This document shows positions 10,311 through 18,885 of a stretch of 34,912 bases of DNA, piece by piece (position 1 is the first letter of the stretch; each line of letters starts with the position of its first letter). This DNA comes from Flavobacteriales bacterium (GTDB lineage: Bacteria > Bacteroidota > Bacteroidia > NS11-12g > UBA955), in contig CANIZU010000003.1 in assembly GCA_947472115.1 (NCBI GenBank), forward strand, positions 1 to 34,912, read 5' to 3'. A program made the translations under genes and the position numbers. The notes beneath the pieces are model-generated. The model worked only from the letters and a program-made list of their open reading frames with translations. It did not search any database and was not told the DNA's origin.

Positions 10311-10676
10311 TCATTGGCCATACCCTTTGGATAGTTCTATTCCAAATCCACTCGCTTCAAATCCTTTCTGTAACATTTGTTTCTTTTCGATTTTAAGCCA
10401 TGTGGATTGATGGGCCGGTATTCTAATTTCTTCAATAGAGGCAATGATGTTTCCACCCAATGTTTCCAGTAACTCCATGGACTTTTTAGATTCCACGGTA
10501 ACAATTTTAGACAAGGTTGAATAGTCTATTGAATTCGATATATCATCTGAAATTGACGATGATTCAAATGAAACCCGAACACTAATCAATAATTCCACAC
10601 CGATGATTCTCTCTATTTCGAAAAATCCAATGTTGGAATGCACAAGTTGTTGGTCAATAAAAATGGTTGTTAACAT
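10311..10676 (-). CDS. folB: Dihydroneopterin aldolase (diverged)
   Basis: 121 aa; IG..E.ER, SIDY, ELLETL and KIEK motifs correspond to the FolB Glu/Tyr/Glu/Lys active-site residues. Confidence 0.8.
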   Translation of the reverse strand: MLTTIFIDQQLVHSNIGFFEIERIIGVELLISVRVSFESSSISDDISNSIDYSTLSKIVTVESKKSMELLETLGGNIIASIEEIRIPAHQSTWLKIEKKQMLQKGFEASGFGIELSKGYGQ

Positions 10677-10717
10677 ATTCTTGTCGTAAAAATCCGATGC
10701 AAAGAAAGTAAGTATAT

Positions 10718-10725
10718 TACATTTG
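10718..10725 (+). promoter_or_regulatory. Bacteroidota -7 promoter element TACATTTG for the gcdH operon
   Basis: Exact TAnnTTTG match 13 nt upstream of ATG 10739. Confidence 0.65.
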
Positions 10726-10738
10726 TGGCTACAACATT

Positions 10739-11956
10739 ATGAGTGAACACGATATTTCAGATTTACTAGCGGCAAATCAAGGTAAAGACCGCTATGTAGC
10801 CCCCGATTTCTATGGTGTAGATGATTTACTCACTGAAGAGCAAAAGTTGATTCGTGCCTCTGTGAGAGAATACGTGAAGCGCGAATTGAGCCCAATCATC
10901 GAGCATTATGCTCAACTTGCTGAATTTCCTCGACATATCGTAAAGCAACTCGGTGATATTGGCGCCTTTGGACCTCAATTGCCAATAGAATACGGCTGCG
11001 GAGGCATGGATTATACTACCTATGGAATTATTATGCAGGAGCTTGAACGATGCGATAGCGGAGTTCGATCCACTGCTTCAGTGCAAGGTTCTTTGGTGAT
11101 GTATCCCATCTTCAAATTTGGCAGTGAAGCTCAAAAGCATAAATACCTTCCCAAACTCGCTTCCGGCGACTGGTTAGGCTGTTTTGGTTTGACGGAGCCT
11201 GATCATGGTTCAAATCCAGGTGGAATGACGACGAACTTTGTCGACAAAGGCGATCATGTCGTTTTGAATGGAGCAAAAATGTGGATTAGCAATGCGCCAT
11301 TCGCTGATGTTGCCGTAGTTTGGGCGAAAAATGAGGCCGGTGTTATTCATGGAATAATCGTTGAGCGCGGCATGGAAGGGTTTACCACTCCTACCACCCA
11401 CAACAAATGGAGCTTAAGGGCTAGTTGTACAGGTGAATTGGTTTTCGATAACGTTAAAGTGCCAAAGGAGAATATACTTCCGGGTGTTACGGGGTTGAAA
11501 GGCCCATTAACTTGCCTTAACTCAGCTAGATATGGTATTAGTTGGGGTGCCTTGGGTGCAGCGATGGATTGCTACGATACTGCAGTAAGGTACTCTAAGC
11601 AACGCATTCAATTCGGTAAGCCTATCGGCGGTTTTCAGTTGCAGCAAAAGAAATTGGCTGAAATGTTAACCGAAATCACCAAAGCACAATTGCTGGTTTG
11701 GAGATTGGGACAATTGATGGACAAAGGATTGGCCACACCCGCTCAAATATCGATGGCTAAAAGGAACAACGTAGAAATCGCGATGAATGTGGCCAAAGAA
11801 GCACGTCAAATGCTTGGCGGAATGGGCATTACGGGTGAATATCCGATTATGCGACACATGATGAATTTGGAATCCGTGGTGACTTATGAAGGCACACACG
11901 ATATCCATCTGTTGATATTGGGAATGGAAATTACTGGCGAGAACGCTTTTTTATAA
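10739..11956 (+). CDS. gcdH: Glutaryl-CoA dehydrogenase (acyl-CoA dehydrogenase family)
   Basis: ELERCDSGVRSTASVQGSLVM, GCFGLTEPDHGSNP, NLESVVTYEGTHDIH: signatures of the glutaryl-CoA dehydrogenase subfamily. Confidence 0.88.
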   Translation: MSEHDISDLLAANQGKDRYVAPDFYGVDDLLTEEQKLIRASVREYVKRELSPIIEHYAQLAEFPRHIVKQLGDIGAFGPQLPIEYGCGGMDYTTYGIIMQELERCDSGVRSTASVQGSLVMYPIFKFGSEAQKHKYLPKLASGDWLGCFGLTEPDHGSNPGGMTTNFVDKGDHVVLNGAKMWISNAPFADVAVVWAKNEAGVIHGIIVERGMEGFTTPTTHNKWSLRASCTGELVFDNVKVPKENILPGVTGLKGPLTCLNSARYGISWGALGAAMDCYDTAVRYSKQRIQFGKPIGGFQLQQKKLAEMLTEITKAQLLVWRLGQLMDKGLATPAQISMAKRNNVEIAMNVAKEARQMLGGMGITGEYPIMRHMMNLESVVTYEGTHDIHLLILGMEITGENAFL

Positions 11957-11973
11957 ATTGAACTAGAAATATA

Positions 11974-13374
11974 ATGTATCAGATTAAGTTTGGAACCGAT
12001 GGATGGCGCGAAATTATCGCCGATGAATTTACTGTGGCGAATGTTAGACGTGTAGCCAATGCCACTGCTCTTTGGTTGAATCAAAGTGATTTGCCAAAAA
12101 GTTGCGTCGTGGGTTACGATTGTCGTTTCGGTGGCGAAATGTTTGCAAAAGAAACAGCCAGGCAGCTTGCGGCACAAGGAATAAAAGTAATTGTGTCAAA
12201 GGGTTTTGTTTCTACGCCAATGATTTCCTTGGCCGCAAACCAACTGCATACCGGCGCTGGAATTATCCTTACCGCAAGTCACAATCCTCCAACGTACAAT
12301 GGGTACAAGATTAAAGCGAATTATGGCGGTCCTGCAGTCCCTTCAGAAGTCAGCAAAGTCGAAAATTTGATTTCCCCCTCATTGGTTGCTGCCTGTGATA
12401 CTTTTGAATCGTATTTTAACAATGGAATGATTGAATATGGCGATTTTGAGACCATGTACTATAATCATTGTTTGAGTTCATTTGATATGGATGCCCTCTC
12501 TTCAATTTCGTCGGGATTGGTTTACGACGCTATGTATGGTGCCGGACTTTCGATTGTAAAAAGATTGTTACCAGATGCAACCATTTTGCACGGAAACTAT
12601 AATCCAGGGTTCGATGGACGTGCGCCTGAACCAATCTTGAAAAATCTGCCAGAAATTGGACCTCTCATTAATTCAAGCCCCTCCTATTTATGTGGATTGG
12701 CTACCGATGGTGATGCCGACCGTATTGGGTGGTTTGATGAAAAAGGGAACTTTATCGACTCACACCATTTGATATTGCTATTGATTGAATACCTAACCAC
12801 ATTTAAAGGTTATTCTGGCAAAGTAGTTAAGAGTTTCTCTGTAAGTGATAAAATCCAAAAGTTGTGTGAACTCAAAGGATTGGAGTCGATTACCACAAAA
12901 ATTGGATTCAAATACATTTGTGAGTACATGGTTACCGAAGATGTGTTGATAGGTGCTGAAGAAAGTGGAGGTATAGCAATCAAAGGACACATTCCAGAAC
13001 GCGATGGCGTTTGGATGGGTTTGGTCTTGATGGAATACATGGCAAAAACTGGTAAGTCAGTATCAGAGTTGATCCAAGACATGTATGCCAAAGTAGGTTC
13101 TTTTGCTGTTGAGCGTTACGATTTGCACTTAACCAATGAATTGAAAGAAAGTATTATAGTCAAATGTAAATCAAGAAGTTATGATTCATTCGGTCCTTAT
13201 AAAGTCGTTGATGTAGAGGATGTAGATGGATATAAATTCCGACTTGACAATGGATCATGGGTTATGATACGTCCAAGTGGTACTGAACCTGTTTTGAGGG
13301 TGTATTCAGAATCCACGGATTCCGCTTCGTCGTTCGCAATTCTTGATGCCACCAAGGCTTCAATATTGGGATAA
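11974..13374 (+). CDS. Phosphoglucomutase/phosphomannomutase family protein
   Basis: FGTDGWR, catalytic TASHNP, metal loop DGDADR, AEESGG, RPSGTEP. Confidence 0.95.
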   Translation: MYQIKFGTDGWREIIADEFTVANVRRVANATALWLNQSDLPKSCVVGYDCRFGGEMFAKETARQLAAQGIKVIVSKGFVSTPMISLAANQLHTGAGIILTASHNPPTYNGYKIKANYGGPAVPSEVSKVENLISPSLVAACDTFESYFNNGMIEYGDFETMYYNHCLSSFDMDALSSISSGLVYDAMYGAGLSIVKRLLPDATILHGNYNPGFDGRAPEPILKNLPEIGPLINSSPSYLCGLATDGDADRIGWFDEKGNFIDSHHLILLLIEYLTTFKGYSGKVVKSFSVSDKIQKLCELKGLESITTKIGFKYICEYMVTEDVLIGAEESGGIAIKGHIPERDGVWMGLVLMEYMAKTGKSVSELIQDMYAKVGSFAVERYDLHLTNELKESIIVKCKSRSYDSFGPYKVVDVEDVDGYKFRLDNGSWVMIRPSGTEPVLRVYSESTDSASSFAILDATKASILG

Positions 13375-13383
13375 TTAACTACC

Positions 13384-14226
13384 ATGACAGAGAATAAGCC
13401 ACTTCAAGTCAATATTCGAGATGTTATCGCATCAAAGAATCCCAAGATTTTGAAATGGATACCTGGTTTTTTCATCAATTGGTTTGAGCGTTTTGTTCAT
13501 CAGAAAGAGTTAAACGCAATCATGCGCAATCATCACAACGAGGTTGGGATTGAATTTGCAACAAGTGTAGTGAAAGAGTTGGGTGCAAAAGTCAATGTAG
13601 TTAACATCGAAAATATCCCTACCACAGGCAAGTGTGTTTTGGTCGCAAATCACCCAATGGCTGGTTTGGATTCGCTATGTTTATTCAGTTCCGTAGGCCA
13701 AGTTAGAAGTGATATAATGCTTATTGCCAATGATGTACTATCAAACATACCCCCATTCAGTCGTCATTTTGTTCCGGTGAATAAATTAGGTAAATCACCT
13801 AAAGAATCATTGATTCGCATTGACAATGCATATGGAGCAGGTGGTATGATGATGGTTTTCCCGGCGGGCCTTTGCTCTAGAAAAATCAATGGGAAAATTG
13901 TAGACTTGGAATGGCAAAAGAGTTTTTTGATGAAAGCCATTCAGTATGATCTGCAAATTATTCCTGTTCATATCAATGGCGCCAATTCAAATCGCTTTTA
14001 TCGAATCGCAAATTGGAGGAAATTTCTTGGAATCAAATTCAATATTGAAATGATGACGTTGGCAGATGAATTGTTCAAGCAAAAGGACAAGGAATTGACA
14101 ATTACGATTGGCAAGCCTTTCTCACCTTCAATTTTCAAGAAGCAAAATGCCATGGACGATGCGCAAAGAATTAAAGCGCATGTGTACGAATTGTCTCGGA
14201 ATCCATCCGCGATCTTCTCTAGTTGA
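13384..14226 (+). CDS. PlsC-family acyltransferase, GlsA/OlsA-like O-acyltransferase
   Basis: NHPMAGLD (HX4D-like) and VFPAGLCSR motifs; adjacent to a GlsB-like N-acyltransferase. Confidence 0.85.
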   Translation: MTENKPLQVNIRDVIASKNPKILKWIPGFFINWFERFVHQKELNAIMRNHHNEVGIEFATSVVKELGAKVNVVNIENIPTTGKCVLVANHPMAGLDSLCLFSSVGQVRSDIMLIANDVLSNIPPFSRHFVPVNKLGKSPKESLIRIDNAYGAGGMMMVFPAGLCSRKINGKIVDLEWQKSFLMKAIQYDLQIIPVHINGANSNRFYRIANWRKFLGIKFNIEMMTLADELFKQKDKELTITIGKPFSPSIFKKQNAMDDAQRIKAHVYELSRNPSAIFSS

Positions 14227-14277
14227 TAGAAACAATCTCAATAAATTGATTATTTTTACGGCTTTAGTGACAACAAA

Positions 14278-15222
14278 ATGATAGAAAATTTGATTGAACC
14301 CATACCTACAGCTCAGTTAATAAAGGAGCTTACTAGGGATATTTATATAAGGCCTACGAATAATGCGTCCAATGAAATTTATATTTTCAAAGGAGATGAA
14401 AAGCCCCATTTGATGGCAGAAGTGGGTCGCTTGCGCGAATTGACATTTAGAGCTGCTGGTGGCGGGACGGGAAAATCAATTGATATTGATCAATTCGATT
14501 CAGGACCTTGCAGTTATAGTCAGTTAATAGTTTGGGATCCTATTGAAAAACAATTGGTTGGAGGCTATCGATTTGTTATGGTGCCAGAAACCAAAGATTC
14601 TCAAGGACATTTTATTTTATCAACCTCTGAGATTTTTAATTATTCTGAACTATTGAAAGAAAAATACTTCCCATTTGCGATAGAACTAGGTAGAAGCTTT
14701 GTTCAACCCGAATACCAGCCTAGCTTGGGAAGTCGCAAGGGCCTATTTAGTTTAGATAATTTGTGGGATGGTTTGGGCGCGATGGTGGTTATGAATACTG
14801 AATATAAGTATTTCTTTGGAAAAATCACGATGTATACTGACTTCAACAAAGAAGCGCGCGACTTGATTTTGAGTTTTATGGATCATTATTTCCCTGATAC
14901 AGAGAACTTAGTAAGTATCCCATCTCCAATTCTTAGAGAATTTGATTGTATTGAGTTTTTAAATGATTTACAAGGATTAGAATTTAAGGAAGGGCATAAA
15001 TTACTGAATTTAAAAGTTCGTGAATTAGGCGAAAACATCCCTCCACTATTCAATAGCTACATGAATTTAAGTCCAACTATGAGAACTTTTGGGACAGCAA
15101 TCAATCACCACTTCGGCGATGTTGAGGAAACGGGTATTATGGTTACAATTGCTGACATATACGATCAAAAGAAAGATCGACATGTGAATTCTTACATAGA
15201 ATACTTGAAGTCATTGACTTAA
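14278..15222 (+). CDS. GNAT-fold N-acyl amino acid synthase, GlsB/OlsB-like (glycine lipid synthesis)
   Basis: EVGRLRELTFRAAGGGTGKSIDIDQFD, IELGRSFVQPEYQ, LDNLWDGLG, ENIPPLFNSYMNLSPTM match Bacteroidota GlsB-type proteins. Confidence 0.87.
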   Translation: MIENLIEPIPTAQLIKELTRDIYIRPTNNASNEIYIFKGDEKPHLMAEVGRLRELTFRAAGGGTGKSIDIDQFDSGPCSYSQLIVWDPIEKQLVGGYRFVMVPETKDSQGHFILSTSEIFNYSELLKEKYFPFAIELGRSFVQPEYQPSLGSRKGLFSLDNLWDGLGAMVVMNTEYKYFFGKITMYTDFNKEARDLILSFMDHYFPDTENLVSIPSPILREFDCIEFLNDLQGLEFKEGHKLLNLKVRELGENIPPLFNSYMNLSPTMRTFGTAINHHFGDVEETGIMVTIADIYDQKKDRHVNSYIEYLKSLT

Positions 15223-15288
15223 TTCCACTGTTGGAGTGTTAAAAAAGAACTCGGGATCTTTGTTTTTCAGAGCGCAATAAAGTGGCAA

Positions 15289-17625
15289 TTACTTTACAAA
15301 CTTTCCCGACATTTGGGTGATGCCTTGAAGATCTTCAATTTTTATTATGTATACCCCTGATGTAAAGTCTGAAATGTCTATTTTTTCTTTTTCAATCGTC
15401 AATTTTTTATTATACATGATTTGACCATTGCAGTTATATATCGAAATCATATCAGCGCTTGGATTTTTGATGTTTGATACAACGAGCTGTTGATCCCCAT
15501 TTACAAAATAAACCCACCCTTGATTCAATTGCTGCTTGGGAATATTGGCGTATTGGTCAATAATTTTCAATGTCTCAAACGCATCCACTTTGCCATAACC
15601 GCTATTTCCATTAGAATCGTTCGTGGTGAATTGGTCCTTTCTGGCAGTAAGTCGCCATAGATTTCTGATTTCTAACGGTGTAAGCCATTCGTTGGCTTGT
15701 AAATAAAGCGCTACGATTCCAGTTGTATGAGGCGCGGCCATCGACGTTCCTGAAAACATCGCCCAGTAAACATCGTTTCCATTGTACTGCGTTTTGTACA
15801 TCAATTCATTGTTCAACCAACCTGGAACCTGTCTGCGATGCAATGCTGATGTTATACTTTGGCCAGGGGCAATAATATCGGGCTTGATTCTACCATTTGG
15901 GTGTGTCAAACTCTTTGGCATAGGTCCTCTACTACTAAATCCAGCAATATCCCCTACTATATTCCACGGCTGATTAAAGTACTCGCCTTTATAATTAGTC
16001 CATTCGTTTCTGTTTATATAAGCCCCAGCTGTCAACGTATGCGTTCCTGATCCCCCGTTTTCCCCTACCGATCCTTCCGGAGTACCCTCTATGAATTTCT
16101 TACCAAAACTCTGAGCTTTATGACCTTTCCAAAAATGACCTGATGTCCAGCGGTATGCTTGTCCAGAATTCCAAGCATTGAATTCCCCGCTGCTAGTCAC
16201 ACCCAATCTGATATAGCCATTGTAAGGCCTATTGTGTTCTGCAATCACCAAGAAATTGGACTTTCCGTTGAATGGATAGTTCTGCTCCGTGATGACAATA
16301 CTGAGCGTGTCTTTTCCTTTGACATAAATCGATTTGTAAGCTCCACAATTCACACAATCACCTGCCAAATTCCAAGGAGTGCTGATAATTGTATTGCCAA
16401 AAGTATCGACCAGGTTTAGCTGAATTTTTAACTTATCACCGGTGCCATTGGCAATCCCGCCCCAAATATCCATGTAAATATTTTCATGGGGATAGTCTTT
16501 ACGATTGTTATCAACCGCCAATGTGTATGCTGTATCGCCATTCAAAGTTTGATGCACATGCATTTGATTTCTACCATCATTGCCAGCAGCACCTACTATG
16601 ATTCTACCTGGCCCAGTAATCGCTTTCACGGATCGATCGAAAAGTGAAGTGCCATCATGAGGGCCAGTATGCATTCCCCAGCTCAAATTGCAAACACTAG
16701 GCTTGTTATGAATTTCGGCGTATTTAAAGACATAATTATATCCGTCAATGATGGTTGGGTTTGCGACAACATAATCGCCCAAACCACTTCCCCCGAGAGT
16801 ATCATTGGCATATTTAATTCCTACCATCACGATATCTGATTGTGGCGCCATTCCCCGATAACTCAAATTGGGAGAACCCAACCCAGAACCAGCGGCGATG
16901 CCAGCAACATGAGTGCCGTGTGCCCCATCATCGTCGACGGCTGAAGCAATGCTCAATGAATCTGAATACTCAGTACCGTAGCTAAATAATGAAGGTGCAC
17001 TCCCAGACTTCTGTTGATTCCAAAACCGTTGAATTCTATACGTTTTTCCGTCGGGGCTATAAAAAGTAGGATGATCTGTCTGAAAACCGATGTCAACGAT
17101 CCCAACAACAACACCATTTCCAGTATAGTTCTGTGACAAACCATTGGTGATGCCATCTTCGGCTTTGTCGACCCTGCTATGAATCCTAGCAGTATCGTTT
17201 AACGGTTTGGGGCTATTTAATTTTGATGAGACGTCTAAATAAATCAATCCAGGATGCTCGATGATTTGATTCCAACTTTCGGAGGTGAATACAAGATGAG
17301 CAATCCGATAATTCGCGTTTTCTGGATCGATGAAACTACTTTTTATCAAATCAGCATTATCAGCGATAAAAGATTCTCTAACAAGGACTTGGGCGTGATA
17401 TGATCCGTCAAATTTGGGAATTAATTGATTTCTCAACTCGGGATTGGTGAATATTTGTGCGGTTGGACTCAGGATTTGATTGAGTCGAGATGTGGGAACT
17501 GTCAACATCGAGTTTACTAAAGAAATTTCTCTATTACGCTGATTAGATTCAGATTGGGCTGTCACTTGAACAATTGTGCCTACATTTAAAACAATGAGTA
17601 GAAATTTCAGCTTCATTTTCTGCAT
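15289..17625 (-). CDS. S8 subtilisin-family serine protease with T9SS type A C-terminal sorting domain
   Basis: Triad GIVDIG / HGTHVAGIAAG / GTSMAAP; oxyanion GAAGN; CTD ISIYNCNGQ...IDISDFTSGVYIIKI...KFVK. Start is probably ATG 17625 or 17616, because the track's TTG 17631 lies inside the promoter element. Confidence 0.93.
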   Translation of the reverse strand: MQKMKLKFLLIVLNVGTIVQVTAQSESNQRNREISLVNSMLTVPTSRLNQILSPTAQIFTNPELRNQLIPKFDGSYHAQVLVRESFIADNADLIKSSFIDPENANYRIAHLVFTSESWNQIIEHPGLIYLDVSSKLNSPKPLNDTARIHSRVDKAEDGITNGLSQNYTGNGVVVGIVDIGFQTDHPTFYSPDGKTYRIQRFWNQQKSGSAPSLFSYGTEYSDSLSIASAVDDDGAHGTHVAGIAAGSGLGSPNLSYRGMAPQSDIVMVGIKYANDTLGGSGLGDYVVANPTIIDGYNYVFKYAEIHNKPSVCNLSWGMHTGPHDGTSLFDRSVKAITGPGRIIVGAAGNDGRNQMHVHQTLNGDTAYTLAVDNNRKDYPHENIYMDIWGGIANGTGDKLKIQLNLVDTFGNTIISTPWNLAGDCVNCGAYKSIYVKGKDTLSIVITEQNYPFNGKSNFLVIAEHNRPYNGYIRLGVTSSGEFNAWNSGQAYRWTSGHFWKGHKAQSFGKKFIEGTPEGSVGENGGSGTHTLTAGAYINRNEWTNYKGEYFNQPWNIVGDIAGFSSRGPMPKSLTHPNGRIKPDIIAPGQSITSALHRRQVPGWLNNELMYKTQYNGNDVYWAMFSGTSMAAPHTTGIVALYLQANEWLTPLEIRNLWRLTARKDQFTTNDSNGNSGYGKVDAFETLKIIDQYANIPKQQLNQGWVYFVNGDQQLVVSNIKNPSADMISIYNCNGQIMYNKKLTIEKEKIDISDFTSGVYIIKIEDLQGITQMSGKFVK

Positions 17626-17628
17626 AAA

Positions 17629-17636
17629 CAAAGGTA
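17629..17636 (-). promoter_or_regulatory. Bacteroidota -7 promoter element TACCTTTG for the S8 protease
   Basis: Exact TAnnTTTG match (plus strand CAAAGGTA). Confidence 0.65.
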
Positions 17637-17649
17637 ACGAGATAGATTA

Positions 17650-17657
17650 TAACTTTG
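17650..17657 (+). promoter_or_regulatory. Bacteroidota -7 promoter element TAACTTTG for tcdA
   Basis: Exact match 4 nt upstream of ATG 17662. Confidence 0.65.
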
Positions 17658-17661
17658 TGGA

Positions 17662-18378
17662 ATGGATTTATCGTGGTTAGAGCGCACAGAGCTCATCATT
17701 GGCAAAGAATCGTTGGAGAAATTGGCGAATAGTAAAGTACTAATTGTAGGACTTGGGGGCGTTGGAAGTTTTGCGGCAGAATTTATTGCAAGAGCTGGAA
17801 TTGGTGATTTAACAATCATCGATGGTGATATTGTGGATGTTACCAATAAGAACCGACAGTTGCCGGCGTTAACAAGTACCATAGGGATGAAAAAGGCAGA
17901 TTTGATGGCCGCCAGAATTAAAGACATCAATCCTGGAGTGAAACTAAAGGTGATAGACACTTTTCAACGCCCTGAGCATACAGAAGAATTGGTATCATCG
18001 GAAAAATATGATTATGTTATGGATTGCATTGATTCTGTTACACCAAAGGTTTTTTTGATAAAAACATGTATTGAAAAAGGTCAACGATTGATTTCTAGTA
18101 TGGGTGCCGGAGGCAAAATGGATGCATCGTCGGTTATGGTGGCGGACATCGCAGAGACTTTTAACGACCCTTTCGCAAGGTTGGTTAGAAAAAGATTACA
18201 TAAGTATGGCATATATAAGGGCTTCAAATCTGTGTTCAATACAGAATTGGTGCACAGGGACTCGCTTAAGCTCACTGATGGTAGTAATTTCAAAAGGTCG
18301 TTTTATGGCACAATTTCCTATATGCCGGCCCTTTTTGGTTTGAGAATGGCAGCGGAAGTGATAGAAGACTTGATTTGA
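17662..18378 (+). CDS. tcdA: tRNA threonylcarbamoyladenosine dehydratase (ThiF/E1-like)
   Basis: RTELIIG, GLGGVGS, TNKNRQ, DCIDS, SSMGAGGK, GTISYMPALFG. Confidence 0.9.
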   Translation: MDLSWLERTELIIGKESLEKLANSKVLIVGLGGVGSFAAEFIARAGIGDLTIIDGDIVDVTNKNRQLPALTSTIGMKKADLMAARIKDINPGVKLKVIDTFQRPEHTEELVSSEKYDYVMDCIDSVTPKVFLIKTCIEKGQRLISSMGAGGKMDASSVMVADIAETFNDPFARLVRKRLHKYGIYKGFKSVFNTELVHRDSLKLTDGSNFKRSFYGTISYMPALFGLRMAAEVIEDLI

Positions 18379-18381
18379 TTT

Positions 18382-18412
18382 TTTGAGAATTCAAATCGCG
18401 GACATATATTTG
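18382..18412 (+). promoter_or_regulatory. Bacteroidota -33/-7 promoter (TTTG, 19 nt, TATATTTG)
   Basis: TTTG at 18382-18385 and TATATTTG at 18405-18412 with canonical spacing; 5 nt before ATG 18418. Confidence 0.7.
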
Positions 18413-18417
18413 GAAAC

Positions 18418-18885
18418 ATGATTATGAAAAAAGCACTCTTAACATTATCGGCTGCGGCTTTATTGTTTATTACAGGATGTGATCCTGGTTCAAAGTCAAA
18501 TAGCAATGCTATTGACATCAGCGGAAAGACAAAACAGGAAGTATTTATGCTTCATTCGTGGGAGTTGAGCTCTTGGTTAGATAGTTCATCTCAGGATCAA
18601 ATTGAGAATATTGAAGCTTGTGCGAAAGATGATTTTTATACATTTAACAGCACATCGCAAGTCCAAGTAAACCGCAATACGATTAAATGTACTGCCGGAG
18701 AAGCGAATGATGTATTTCCTTGGAGTATGACCGACCCCAATTCAACTAAGGTTACAATGTTTACTTACACTTGGGACATTGCCTCAATGACGGGTGAGCA
18801 GGTTGTTTTACGTCGTAAATACTTATTCAATATCGGAGGAACTACAGTGGATATGTTCTCTAAGGTGGTAATGAAAAAGCACTAA
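18418..18885 (+). CDS. Lipoprotein, lipocalin-like domain (Bacteroidota type)
   Basis: Lipobox ITGC; SWEL, CAKDDFYTF and KC...W pattern typical of Bacteroidota lipocalin-like lipoproteins. Confidence 0.7.
   Translation: MIMKKALLTLSAAALLFITGCDPGSKSNSNAIDISGKTKQEVFMLHSWELSSWLDSSSQDQIENIEACAKDDFYTFNSTSQVQVNRNTIKCTAGEANDVFPWSMTDPNSTKVTMFTYTWDIASMTGEQVVLRRKYLFNIGGTTVDMFSKVVMKKH

Noticed and set aside
10285-10314. Apparent ATGA overlap (translational coupling) between folB and the TonB receptor at 10311-10314
   Set aside because: An exact -7 element at 10290-10297 and a better signal peptide favour ATG 10284. Not fully excluded.
13384-15222. 'Hemolysin' virulence locus, a common annotation for these families
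   Set aside because: The motifs are those of lipid acyltransferases; haemolysis reported for homologues is attributed to the N-acyl amino acid product, not a protein toxin.
17613-17960. 115-aa minus-strand ORF apparently upstream of the S8 protease
   Set aside because: Antisense shadow of tcdA that also crosses both promoters.
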